A stretch of 63,905 nt of DNA, filler included, from Conidiobolus incongruus B7586 (lineage: Eukaryota): NCBI GenBank assembly GCA_000697335.1. It is 8 parts of 8 records of this genome, joined end to end, with 100 filler letters (N's around TTAATTAATTAA, not from the genome) between each part and the next. Parts side by side here need not be neighbours in the genome. Positions count along the whole stretch, not along the records: positions 10,248 to 20,541 come from JNEM01006416.1; positions 20,642 to 34,529 come from JNEM01006418.1; 6 more parts are not named here. One strand, 5' to 3'. A program made the translations under genes and the position numbers. Numbering within the stretch: position 1 is the stretch's first letter; each line of letters starts with the position of its first letter. A model generated the notes under the pieces. The model was not told where the DNA came from. It saw nothing but the letters and a program-made list of their open reading frames with translations, and did no database searches. Positions 13,228 through 24,833 of this stretch are shown here, piece after piece.

Positions 13228-14589
13228 ATGAGCTCTTATCACACTGAAAAAACTTTATTGGATCAAACGAATAAAAAAGATCATAACAAGGAGAATGAGG
13301 TCAAGCACTCAAATCTTAAACTTACGAACCGTTATGAAGTCGTTAAATCCAATTTAAATGCGAATTTTAATAAGAATAGTAGCAAGACTTTGAAAATTCA
13401 CAGTAGAGAAGATGAATTAGAGGACCTACCAGCGAAGCAGATCAGACACGGAGACAGCAAAAATCCTTTAGTCACTGCGAGTCAGCTTCGTCATAGTAAA
13501 GAGCCTATCAAATCAAAATATGAACCTTCCCAAAAGAGTTATACTGAATCAATAGCTGTGTATCAGGATGATGTGCCATCCAAGCCCTCACATTATTTAC
13601 AATCACAGCGTCCAACTAAACCCCCAGTTTCTGCCATATTAAGAGCCATTTCCTCTGAAACAAGAGCTCTAACTGAGTTATTGGATGCAACTACCATTCA
13701 AAAAGTTGAGAAAGAATTAGAGAATCAGAACCCTGACGAGGTTAATGATCCAGCCATGGAGGTAACCTATGCCCAGGACATCATTACCAACTGGATGGAT
13801 GCCGAAACTACCTGTCTTCCATCTCCCAACTTCTTAGATAAACAGCCTCATATCACCGAAGCAATGCGCGTAAAGCAAATTGATTGGATGATCGGTTATC
13901 ATACAATGGGAAAATTCAATGGTGAGTCCCTCCATCTTGCTATTAACATTATGGATCGCTTCCTTAGCGGCTCTACAATCACCGCGAGTAAGCTACATTT
14001 AATCGCTTTCACTAGTTTGTGGCTTGCGTTCAAGTTTGAGGAGACAGCTTATCCCCTTATTGATGATATGATCCCCTATGCACTCGAGCCAATTATGAAA
14101 GAGGATGTAATCAAGTGTGAGATGTTTCTTGTGACTGAACTTGAAGGTAACTTAAACTATCCTAGCCCTCTTCTATTTCTCCGAAGATACTCCAAAGCAG
14201 ACAATTATGATGTTAAGGCTCGAACTTATGCCAAATACTTTATCGAATTATCCCTATTAGATTACGAAATGTGCCAACATCGCCCAAGCATCATTGCCGC
14301 AGCCAGTCTATATATGGCGCAGTATATTTTGGGACGTCGTGAGTGGACCTCCAAGCACATTTACCTCAGCAGCTATACTGAAAAACAATTAATTCCATTT
14401 GCCAAAGTACTTGTTAAAATTTTAGTCGAAGACAAGATCCAAGCAACAAATTTTGCAGACAAGTTCAATAATTCCAGCCAATTCTGTGCGAATGAATTTT
14501 GCAGACAATTCATCAAATCTAAAAAATCTCAAATCAAAAATCACAATACTAACAAATCTAAGAGTCATAGTACTAATCCTAGTCATTAG
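13228..14589 (+). CDS. B-type (Clb/Cdc13-like) cyclin, divergent, 453 aa
   Basis: Cyclin box MRVKQIDWM..YH, ESLHLAINIMDRFLS, AFKFEE and the fungal B-cyclin signature PSPLLFLRRYSKADNYDVKARTYAKYFIEL. N-terminal NKEN box. Confidence 0.92.
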   Translation: MSSYHTEKTLLDQTNKKDHNKENEVKHSNLKLTNRYEVVKSNLNANFNKNSSKTLKIHSREDELEDLPAKQIRHGDSKNPLVTASQLRHSKEPIKSKYEPSQKSYTESIAVYQDDVPSKPSHYLQSQRPTKPPVSAILRAISSETRALTELLDATTIQKVEKELENQNPDEVNDPAMEVTYAQDIITNWMDAETTCLPSPNFLDKQPHITEAMRVKQIDWMIGYHTMGKFNGESLHLAINIMDRFLSGSTITASKLHLIAFTSLWLAFKFEETAYPLIDDMIPYALEPIMKEDVIKCEMFLVTELEGNLNYPSPLLFLRRYSKADNYDVKARTYAKYFIELSLLDYEMCQHRPSIIAAASLYMAQYILGRREWTSKHIYLSSYTEKQLIPFAKVLVKILVEDKIQATNFADKFNNSSQFCANEFCRQFIKSKKSQIKNHNTNKSKSHSTNPSH

Positions 14590-14969
14590 GATACATGTAG
14601 CTTTATCTTATCACTATACATTATATCTAAGCTAATAAAAATATATTTTCATTAGGAAGCATACTATAACAAACTAGTACTAAATGTATGAATAAACTAA
14701 ATTATTCTAATAGTCCAATAAAATTACTATAAAATATTGTTCTTATTTCACTAATAAATTGATTGGGCCATTAAGTTTATACCGAATATATTCATGATTT
14801 TATCATATGATATCAATATGATTCCAAATCAATTCAAAATTGAATTCAATTCAGTTTCAGATCATCAACAATCCCATAATGATAATTATCTTCCAAAATG
14901 ACATATATTTCATCACAACTTTTGAAATTTGGAATTTTAATAGCTTTATATTAATAAACATTCATTAAT

Positions 14970-15508
14970 ATGCCACCCAAAAGAAAGACAAAAGCTTCTA
15001 GCGAAGACGAAGTTAGCGGTAGCGATAGTGAAGTTAATTTCAAAAAGACGCATTTTGACAAGGATAGCGAAGAAGTAATTTATTTTCAAATTATAATTAA
15101 TTTCCAAATTAAACTGTATTATTTAGACTACAGCTATTGATACCAAAGCTAAAGCCAACTCTAAAACGGATGATGATGACGGTACTTGCATCCCTGTAAG
15201 CTTTTTAAATATTTCCAATTATTGAATATTCATTAATTGATATTTTATTACAAATTTAGCTTGGTAAAAATAAGCGCGTATCCGTTAGAAAGTGGCGCGA
15301 TTTGATTATGGTCGATATTAGAGAAACTTATAAAGATGCGGCTGGAAATATTAAACCTGGCAAGAAAGGTAACTTAATTTTACTATATTAAACAAACTTT
15401 TTTATTTATAATGGATTAGGTATTGCTTTACAATTAGACCAGTGGGAAGCTCTTAAAAATAATATTGAATTGATCGATAAAGAGTTAGAGAAATTGAAGA
15501 ATGAATAA
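14970..15508 (+). CDS. SUB1: Transcriptional coactivator PC4/Sub1 homolog, 4 exons (14970-15074, 15127-15195, 15260-15368, 15420-15508), 123 aa
   Basis: Hand-spliced across three GT-AG introns (52, 64, 51 nt). Gives MPPKRKTKASSEDE...LGKNKRVSVRKWRDLIMVDIRETYKDAAGNIKPGKKGIALQLDQWEALK, the PC4 ssDNA-binding domain. Confidence 0.93.
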
Positions 15509-16494
15509 ATGATTATTAATTATTTATATTTTATTATTTCAAATAGATTTCTATTTGTATTATTAAAAAGTTGAATTCTTATGTTGTCGATACTTTGTTC
15601 AAATTCTAAATTTTATTTTGATATCATCTTTGATTTCTTTTCTTTTAATTGAACTGCATTCGATTATTAAAAAAATTAATAATATAAATGATACTAGAGT
15701 TTAATATTTGTAAATATAATTTATACAATTAATAATATGATTGATAGCATATATAGTAAATTGAATTAGTGCTATTTGAATATATTTGAGTAAAGTGACA
15801 ATTGAGTCAAAAGTGTATGCAACTACATTTATTAAATTAAATTTTTGAATCACAAGTCTTGAATAAAGTTGAATTTTAAAAATATAATTCAAAATTTATT
15901 AATTATTTTTATTTTCATTGTTAAATAAAACTTAATATAATAATGAATAAAAGGTGTTTTAATTTTCTATAATATTAATTTAAATCAATACTTAAAATTT
16001 TTTACTAATATTAACTATTGAATAAAAACTTATAGTTTTCCACATATTAAGTCATTATTTAGTCATATCTTTGACCTTAACAATTTAAATATAGAAATTT
16101 TATTCAACTTTAATATTTTTTCAACAAATAAATTTTACTAATAGCCTAATTGAGCTATTAATGTACATAATAAGCTAAATATGGAATATAATATTCATTT
16201 TTGCTGAAATAAAATATTTTCATACTAAATATTTTTGTAACATTAAATGTACATTAATAGTATTAAGACAATAGTTATGATATATTACACATTGAATTTA
16301 TTGAATCGACAATTTAAAATAATTTACATTGACAAAAAAGTTCTCAGTATATGCATCCGATAACGTTTTCAAATTCGAATTGAAAATCTAATTAAATAAT
16401 GCTTTACTTCTGGAAGAATATTATATTAGCATTAATAATAAACTTCATGATGAATAATTAGTATTATACGAAAGATCCTGATCAACAGTTAAGT

Positions 16495-18429
16495 CTAAGA
16501 GGAAGGGGATGAGGAGTAAGCCTGCGATATTTGTTGTAAAGGTGTTGGCTTGGGTGAAGCTTCTGTTGGAGTATCGAATTTTTTGCCAACTTCATCTCCA
16601 TAATTGACAAACAATTCATCTCCTTTATTGATGTGTTTAGTTGTTGAACATATGATTTGATTAATTTGGTGACCTAACAGAAACTCGACATTGGATAATT
16701 CAGAAGAGTGATTCATAAAGTGGAATGGACAATATATCTCTCCATTGGGATCTGTGAATGGCATTCCCTTGTCATCAGTGGCATCCAAAACTGTGTATCG
16801 ATACATAATTGAATATTGGGAGGCCTGGCCTAACTTATCTTTGGTTTCATCAAAGAAATATTCAGCCATCGGTACTCCAAAATAGAAGCCGAGGTAAGTA
16901 TATTGAGGTAAATCCCTGCGAGCAAATAACCCATTACCGGCGTTGGGTATCGTTGAGGGCTTAACCTCGACAATATCGCTCCAATGCTTGGGTATTTCTT
17001 GAGAGGATAAAGAAGTGGGACTAGGTAAAAATTGAGATGTCCCATTTAGTTGATCTATAGAGAAAAAGTTAGAATAAGATGATATTGCAAAGAAGTTAAG
17101 CATACCTGGATTCTTAATTGCATGATCAGATGTACCTACTTCAGCTGGAGCTACGCCATTTGTTTCTTCAAGCTTTGGGGGTTCAGGTGGTTGAAATTCG
17201 GAGGATTGTTGTTGGGATGTAGGTGCGGAAGGTTGATCTATAATACATAAATAAAAAGATTTGGATATGCTGAAGATAGAGTTACCTGATTCAGGATTAT
17301 CAGAAAAAAATATAGGCCAATCTTTATTATAAAGTGTTTGTTCCCATTGCCTGTACCTTTCGATTGCTTGCTGTCGGTCATTGGGCTTAAAAGTTAGTCT
17401 AAAGTGTTGTAAATTACTATCTTCAGGGAAAAACATTTCAAAATAGCCATCTGTATTATGCGTTAAATTAGCACTAGCGCTATTTCTAGGTGTTTTGCCA
17501 GAAAAAGCAAGTGGCAGTCCTTTCTGCTTGGATAAGGTTTGATCTAACTCCACTGCTCGATCAATAATATCCTTTCGATTTCCAGTACAGTTTGGAAGTT
17601 GACACAGTGCCATAAAGACATAATTCATCTGACGTTGCCACCTTGGTTTGTCTCCATTTCGTGTAGTAGCCGGCATTAATGCAAAACGCTTTTTTTGACC
17701 AAAAATATCAGGGAGAGGTTCATTTTGCTTGGTTTTAATTCTTTTGGCACTAGGTTTAGGTCCTGAAGCTGTGTTAACTTTCTTAGTCTTAGGTTTAGTA
17801 GGCTTTTTTGAAGAGCGATTAGATGGATGAGCAGATGGCTTCAGATTTAGGGTTAGTTTAGTTGACCGGATAGGGCTGGGAGGTGCTGAAGAGTTGGAGG
17901 ATGAAAATAATGGTGATTGGGAGCGATAATTCGACATGATTGAAGAATGATATTTTTGATTAGTTGGGCTAGAATATTGGATAGGCTTATAATAAGGTGT
18001 ATTGTACTTTCGATATGAGTTATAAGCTTTCATATTAATAACTACAAACACTTTCTCTTGTTGTTCAGCACCCTTAGGTAAATCTGGATTAGCTACTACA
18101 CAACTATAGGCAAAAAGAATCTTTCCGTTATCTTCCGAATTTGAATCGGATGAATTGGGGGAACTTATCGGAGAAGCTTGTACAGGGGAGGGGGAAGGAG
18201 GAGAAAGAGAACGGGAAGGAGAACGGGAAGAAGCTACCGAGGAAGAAGAAGAAATATATCGCTTATGATATTCTGGAGGTGCTATGGACGATCCAGAATC
18301 AGAGTCTGAGTCGGAGTCCGAGAAGATATTAGCATTGGCCTGTAGTTTGGGAGTTGAAAACGATTGAATAGGCTCTGTATCTGAAGAGAATGAGGATGAG
18401 GAATCGTCAAAATTATACTGGGAAGCCAT
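16495..18429 (-). CDS. SET-domain protein with Ser/Pro-rich N-terminus and central winged-helix (HARE-HTH/GDS1-like) domain. Probable introns at 17238-17285 and 17055-17105.
   Basis: SET motifs VKPSTIPNAGNGLFA, FMNHS and INKGDELFVNYG. Central helical domain ends FSGKTPRNSASANLTHN. Two stopless 3n GT-AG segments are read through by the ORF track. Confidence 0.85.
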   Translation of the reverse strand: MASQYNFDDSSSSFSSDTEPIQSFSTPKLQANANIFSDSDSDSDSGSSIAPPEYHKRYISSSSSVASSRSPSRSLSPPSPSPVQASPISSPNSSDSNSEDNGKILFAYSCVVANPDLPKGAEQQEKVFVVINMKAYNSYRKYNTPYYKPIQYSSPTNQKYHSSIMSNYRSQSPLFSSSNSSAPPSPIRSTKLTLNLKPSAHPSNRSSKKPTKPKTKKVNTASGPKPSAKRIKTKQNEPLPDIFGQKKRFALMPATTRNGDKPRWQRQMNYVFMALCQLPNCTGNRKDIIDRAVELDQTLSKQKGLPLAFSGKTPRNSASANLTHNTDGYFEMFFPEDSNLQHFRLTFKPNDRQQAIERYRQWEQTLYNKDWPIFFSDNPESGNSIFSISKSFYLCIIDQPSAPTSQQQSSEFQPPEPPKLEETNGVAPAEVGTSDHAIKNPGMLNFFAISSYSNFFSIDQLNGTSQFLPSPTSLSSQEIPKHWSDIVEVKPSTIPNAGNGLFARRDLPQYTYLGFYFGVPMAEYFFDETKDKLGQASQYSIMYRYTVLDATDDKGMPFTDPNGEIYCPFHFMNHSSELSNVEFLLGHQINQIICSTTKHINKGDELFVNYGDEVGKKFDTPTEASPKPTPLQQISQAYSSSPSS

Positions 18430-20029
18430 TTGACTTGAAAGATTAGAATTAAATAATTCAAATGGTATGAATACCTATATATATGATCGTTTATTGATAT
18501 TATATATTAATGAATACGAATATTCAATTGATGTTGAATTAGCTATTGAATGGGTAAATCAAGTCCCATATTAGTTCAGCTATTTATTTATATTAATCAG
18601 TGAACCATTGAATACTTCTAAAAATTATGGGATGATCACTAATAATCATTTTATAATTTCTGTTTTGGGAATAATTGACAATTGAAATTACTCATATCCA
18701 CATAAGTCATTTCTCAATAACTTTGAATTCTAAATATTATTAAATTTTTATTAAATTTATTTATATCTTTTTTGGTTAAATATTGAAACTAATGATGGAT
18801 GGATTTTGTTAATATCGATTATTGAATCCTGATTTAATAATTTCACTAAGATATAAACATTAAGACTTAATATCAATTCAAAATACATTTTATTAATTTT
18901 AATTTATACAATAAATTACATTATTTACTGAATTTATTTAATTTTAAAATATTTTTGATGCATATTTGTTGATTCAATAAATGCCTTACTTAAAATTGCC
19001 AATTTTAATTAAAAACTCCTGAACACAAAAGAACTTAACATTTGTGATTCAAAATTGCATAGTTCGTTCTCATTAATACATTTTTGAATTAATTTTAGAT
19101 TCGATTTACCCAATTCCATTTCAAATTGTAGTTAATTATCATTCATATAGAAACTGCTTTCCTTACTATTAGTTACAAATACATTGAAATTAAAGCATTG
19201 AGTCTTTATATAGTTATTAGTATTGATATTTAACCTTGACTTATATTCAAATCAAACAATAGACCACTTTCTATTCAAGTATTCAAATCTTATTATTCAT
19301 ATTACAGTAAATGTTAAGACTGACAGTGATATAAATTTTATATAGAATCAAAACTATTTTAAATAATAACTTATTGCTAAACCAATAATGATAATTAATT
19401 ACAGCACACTCAGATATTGAGCATATCATTTCATGCTATTTTTTACTGCAGATGAAATATACTATACCAAAATTTAAGTAAATTTATTATTTTTTCATTA
19501 TTGGAAATAATTTATGATAAAGAAAATGATAAAAATATCACTATCAAATAAAGGATTCTTATTAAAAGTACTCTATTAACCTTATTGAATTTGTATTTGG
19601 AAATTTCAAATTATTCAATAATTAACACAATAGGAAATTGAAAAATAAATAGCTCCAAATATAGGAATTAAACAAATGTTACTTTTAATTATTAATTTAA
19701 TCAATTACTACTAATCAAATTTTAAACAAATTCACTTTAATAAAAAATTAAATATTTAAATCCAATAATATATATATATATATGTATTTCAAGTTAAGCC
19801 TGGACATAATATCATTATATATACAATAGTTATTATTATTTCAAAGATTTTAAATATATATTTTTATTGAATATAATTAATAATTTTATATTTATTCCTA
19901 TATTTCATTTGAAATATTTATGAAAACTTTAGAAATAATTAAAACAAGATCCTAAGTTTGATATCACTGCTAATTAGTAAAATATAAATTAAAAATTAAA
20001 ATTGAAAAGAATTATAATAATATATAATT

Positions 20030-20541
20030 ATAGTTTTATATATTAGTTTAAATAAAAAAATAATAAACTTTTTTATTTTTAATTTTCAAAAATATTACTA
20101 GTTTTAAAAAATAATATATATATATATATATACTTTATAAATATTTTTTTAATAAAATATTTTCAATTTAATATTTAAAGTTAAATTTAATTATATTTAA
20201 ACTAGAAAATTATCATCAAAAGTTTATTATTTTAATATTATTAAAACTTAACCATAAATCCTCTGGAATCATTTAAAATTTATAAAATACTTATAAAACT
20301 TAACTTTATTTAAATTTATCATTTATCATTACATTTGCTATTTTAAAGTTAAAAAGGATATTATTTAAAATTTAATTAAATTAAACAAACTAATTTTAAT
20401 TGTAATTTTATATAAATTGAAAAAATAAAAAATATATATTAAAAATCACTTATTTATTTTAATTAAAAAATTATCTAAATAATTTAATATTAATTATATA
20501 AGTGTTTTATATATATTAAACTTTAAACTTAAATTAATTAA
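20030..20541 (+). mobile_element. Mariner relic (5' part), cut by gap
   Basis: AACCATAAATCCTCTGGAATCATTTAAAATTTATAA (~20250) is the reverse-complement match of 58175-58210. Boundaries approximate. Confidence 0.5.
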
Positions 20542-20641
20542 NNNNNNNNNNNNNNNNNNNNNNNNNNNNNNNNNNNNNNNNNNNNTTAATTAATTAANNN
20601 NNNNNNNNNNNNNNNNNNNNNNNNNNNNNNNNNNNNNNNNN
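20542..20641. other. Artificial contig linker
   Basis: N44-TTAATTAATTAA-N44. Confidence 0.97.
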
Positions 20642-21262
20642 TTTTAATTTAAAAATTAAAATTATTCTTAAATATAAAATATCTTTGTAAAATTAATAAA
20701 GGAATTAAAACTTGGTTATATTATAATAGTTAAAATAATAAATAAAAAAATTGAGCGATATAAATCAAAGTTATCATATATTTATATTCTTTAAGATAAT
20801 ATTTTGTATTATATTAAAACTTGTATTATTGATTAACTTAAAAAAATTAAATCATAGTTTTCAAGTAATTTTTTAATTATCTAATTTTAACCTAGTTAAA
20901 TATTTTTAAGATTAATTTTAAAAATAATAAAAACTCTCCTATTAATAAAATATTTAATTAAACTCTAAAAGTATATTTAAAAGTTTTAAAATGAAATTAA
21001 TTCTTTTTAATATAGAGGTTAATTGATTTTATATTTTATAAACTTAAGAAAATAGGAAAAATAAAAGATATATATATTAAGTCTTAATATTTATATTATA
21101 ACCAATATACATAACTTTGTAACTTATTTTGTTTGAATTTTAAATTCTGATATATTAGTTAATAACCATTATAAATATGTTAAATATATTTTATTATAAA
21201 GAAATAATTTTTTTGATAATATATTTAACCTTTAATTTATTGGATTTAAAATTAAATTATTA

Positions 21263-22529
21263 CTTTGTTTTTTTTATTATTAGGGATTTTTTCAATTAAA
21301 AATAAATAAACATTTTAATATATGATATATAAAAATAAATATATAATATTAATTTAATAATTTCCTCTATTATTAATAACTTTTTGCTATATCTTTAACA
21401 AACTTCTAACACCTAAAAAACAGTTCTTTTTATTAAAAACTAAAATCTAATATTTTATAAATTAATTAAATTTTTCATAAAAATTTTCTTTCCTATAAGC
21501 TAGTTTTTTAATTGCCTAAAGTAATTATAATCAAATAGGTTATAATCTAAGGAATATACTAGATATAGTAGTTATTTCCAGTTATTTTTAAATAGAATAT
21601 TTTTTATAGCTTTAGATTTATATATTTTATATTTATCATATAAAAAATAAGCCTTTTTAAATTATATTAAAAACACTTATTAGAAATAATTTTATTTAAA
21701 AAAATATAAAGTTATTAACAATTGATTTTCTTATAAGAATTAAATAAAAATAGCATATACTATTATAATCTATTATAATATTTATAAATCATTTATCAAC
21801 AAAATATTTATTGAAAGAAATTTATAAAAAAGGTTGATTTAGCTTTATTTAACACCTTGATTTGTGTTTTAATAAAGGATTATACATAAGGATCCAAGTT
21901 TCATCAATTAAATTGATTAACTGTAAAAGTTTAGGCTTCTGGTAATATTTTAATAAGTTTTGTTTAGTAATAATTATTTTAGCTTTTTTAAGCTTTATTT
22001 GAATTATAAGGTATCTATTTTATTTTTATTTATGAATTTGAATTTAAACTATGATATATACAAAATACTTATAAAATTAATATTAAAATGCTTAGATAAT
22101 TATCTAGCTAAAATAAAAAGATAGTTTTCAATATATTTTTTCATTTTATTAATAATTGAAAAAATAATAATAGAAATTAGTTTTTTATATTTTAATAGAT
22201 TTTAGATAATTTCTTTTTTAATCTTAAAGTAATTTACCTAGCAATAAATTGTTGATTTGGATAATATTTTATTAGTAAAAGTTCTTTATAAATTTTATAT
22301 AATTTTAAAAGGTTTATGTTTAAGTTTTATTGATATTAAAATAAAAGACTTTTGATAATAATTATTTGGTTTAAGTATAATTAAATTAAACAGCGAATTT
22401 TAAAAAATTAATATATATATTAAAAATATATAATTTCCTATTAACTTTGTATATATTAATTCATTTCAAACTAATATTATATTTCAAAAATCAAAAATTC
22501 AAAAATTTCCCATTGTTTCAAATTCAAGG
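21263..22529 (-). mobile_element. Full-length mariner-family (DD34D) relic, ~1.27 kb, hypermutated
   Basis: Minus-strand translation retains IDETWILMYNP, YSLDYNLFDYNYFRQLKN*L.GK and GVRSL..I*QKVI..RG.Y. Degenerate ~30-bp inverted ends with TA on both sides. Confidence 0.8.
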
Positions 22530-23249
22530 TAATATAAATAAAAATATAAATCATTGTAATTTCATTATTTATTTTTATAAATAGATATATATTAAGAGAT
22601 ATTATGATTAAAATCTTTATAATTTTATAGTAAACATTTCTATATAATAAATATAATTAATAATTTGACTTTATAATTAATATAAATTAATTTTAGCAAA
22701 AATATATATTTTATATAAAATTTTTATATATAACCTATTAATAATCAATTATAGAAAAATAGTTTATATAATAATTTTTTTCACTTTATATTATATTAAG
22801 AATCCAAATTAATTAAGAACTTAAACTTTTAAAAAAATAAAATTTTTATTATTATTAATAAAAGCCTATTATATTTTAATATTTAAAAATATGGAAAAAT
22901 ATTAAAAATAAAAAAATTAATGTAATCAAAAGTTTTTTCAATACTAAAATATTTTTAAAATCAATAAATATATCAGATTTATTAATTTATATAATATTAT
23001 CAATTTGATAAATCTTTTTTATAGCTTATTATTTAATTTTATATAAAAATTTAAAATTCCTTTAAATATAAGAAAGTGGTATAAGTTTAGTAATATAATT
23101 TCTGAAGATATTTTATTATAATTAAATTTTTTAAAATTTTTACTTATAACTAAAAATTAATCATTAATATACTTAAGCTTAGATAAGATTAATCTTGAAT
23201 TGTTAAAAATTTTTATATAAAAATATCTTTAATATTAAGATATAAAAAA

Positions 23250-23820
23250 ATTAAAAGGATCTCCATGGCAAAAAATTGACAAATTAAAATATTATCTTAA
23301 GTTATTTATTGCAATTTACTTGCATTTACCCTATAATAAACAAGTTTAATTATAAAACCTCAATAATAGAGGAACTCCTATTTTCCAACCATTGGATTAA
23401 TCAACCCTTTTTTTTCTAGCTTAATATAAATATCCCATCCATTTAAAGTATTAATTTTAAGCAAAATAACTATATTGATTATTAATGAAACTATTTCATA
23501 ATAAACATATTATATTGTTATTATTAGAAATAGCCTTTCTTGAATAATATGGAAATGGTTCTTTAATATATCCATATTTAACATACCTAACAAGTTTAAC
23601 CCTAACTTTCCACCATTTCCTTTGGGATTATATATGATTCTCTATGTTTTATTATTTGTATCAATCTTTTTTTATAATATTTTGGGATTCTCAATTAATA
23701 ATAAGACTAGATTCACATATAAGATATTGATAGTTATGATGACTCTTCATATATTTAATACCCTAGGGAAGCACTATTCCTGACTCCCTGAACCACAGAT
23801 TAATTTATATTTGTTTGGTC
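23250..23820 (-). mobile_element. Possible LTR-retrotransposon integrase remnant
   Basis: GC-richer patch. Minus strand gives frameshifted KHRES..YNPKGNG..(VE), resembling the integrase H..S.PYHPQ.NG..ER motif. One motif only. Confidence 0.3.
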
Positions 23821-24833
23821 TTGATATTACTAAAAAGAATTATTTTTATTATTATATATTTGGTAGATAATTTATTACCTAATATTAAGTAAAAAATTAT
23901 GATCAATATTAGACAAGTTGAATTAAATTTTTCAGAAAAAAATATATAAAAGAATCTTTGATATATTATATAAAATATAATGAAATATCATTTTATATAC
24001 CTTTTTTAAAAATATTTCTATAAATTGTATTTTTATAATATTATTAGTCTAGGGATATTGTCTGATTGGTAATTTTGAAAATATTGAAATATAATAATTT
24101 GAATTAATAATATTAAATATCAAATGTCCAAGCTAGTAACCAATATATTGAATGAAATAAAATTGTAAATATTATCTGGTTAAAAATTCTCACATATATA
24201 ATTGTGATCCTTATGATTATACATCTTTTCTTCCTTGAAAGAATTGACTTGGAGGATTAATTTGCAAATTTGATTCAAGATCAAAACAAGTTTGGTGGTT
24301 AATTACTATTTTGTTTCATAAAGAAACTTTTGGTGTGAGAAAATTGCCTTGAGTTTAAAAAATTCTTATTAATAATCATAGCAAATATTATTAAATATGT
24401 TATATCTATACTTATTTTTTTTTAGTTTTAATAAATCATCGCAAGATATATCTTTTATTTGTTGATAATTCAAATCGAGAATATATAACTTAATATCAAA
24501 AGCTCTAAGTGTATATGGTTTGATATTGTTTAATAGAATGACAATATAAAGCGATTAATCACTACAAGTATTTATATATATATATATACACGCTATTTTG
24601 ATGACAGCATTTTTTATATTATATTTTTTATACAAGTGCTAATAAAGATTTTATTAATTTTGAAATCCATAATAGTTATTTATTGTATACAAGTTATTTT
24701 AATGAATATTATATATTCGATCAATAAATAATTAGTTTTGCTTATTGTCATAAGCTAATTAACTCTTAATTACAGTCTACTATATTCATTTTATTGATAT
24801 CTTTATATCACTGAATTAGGATATATTGATATT

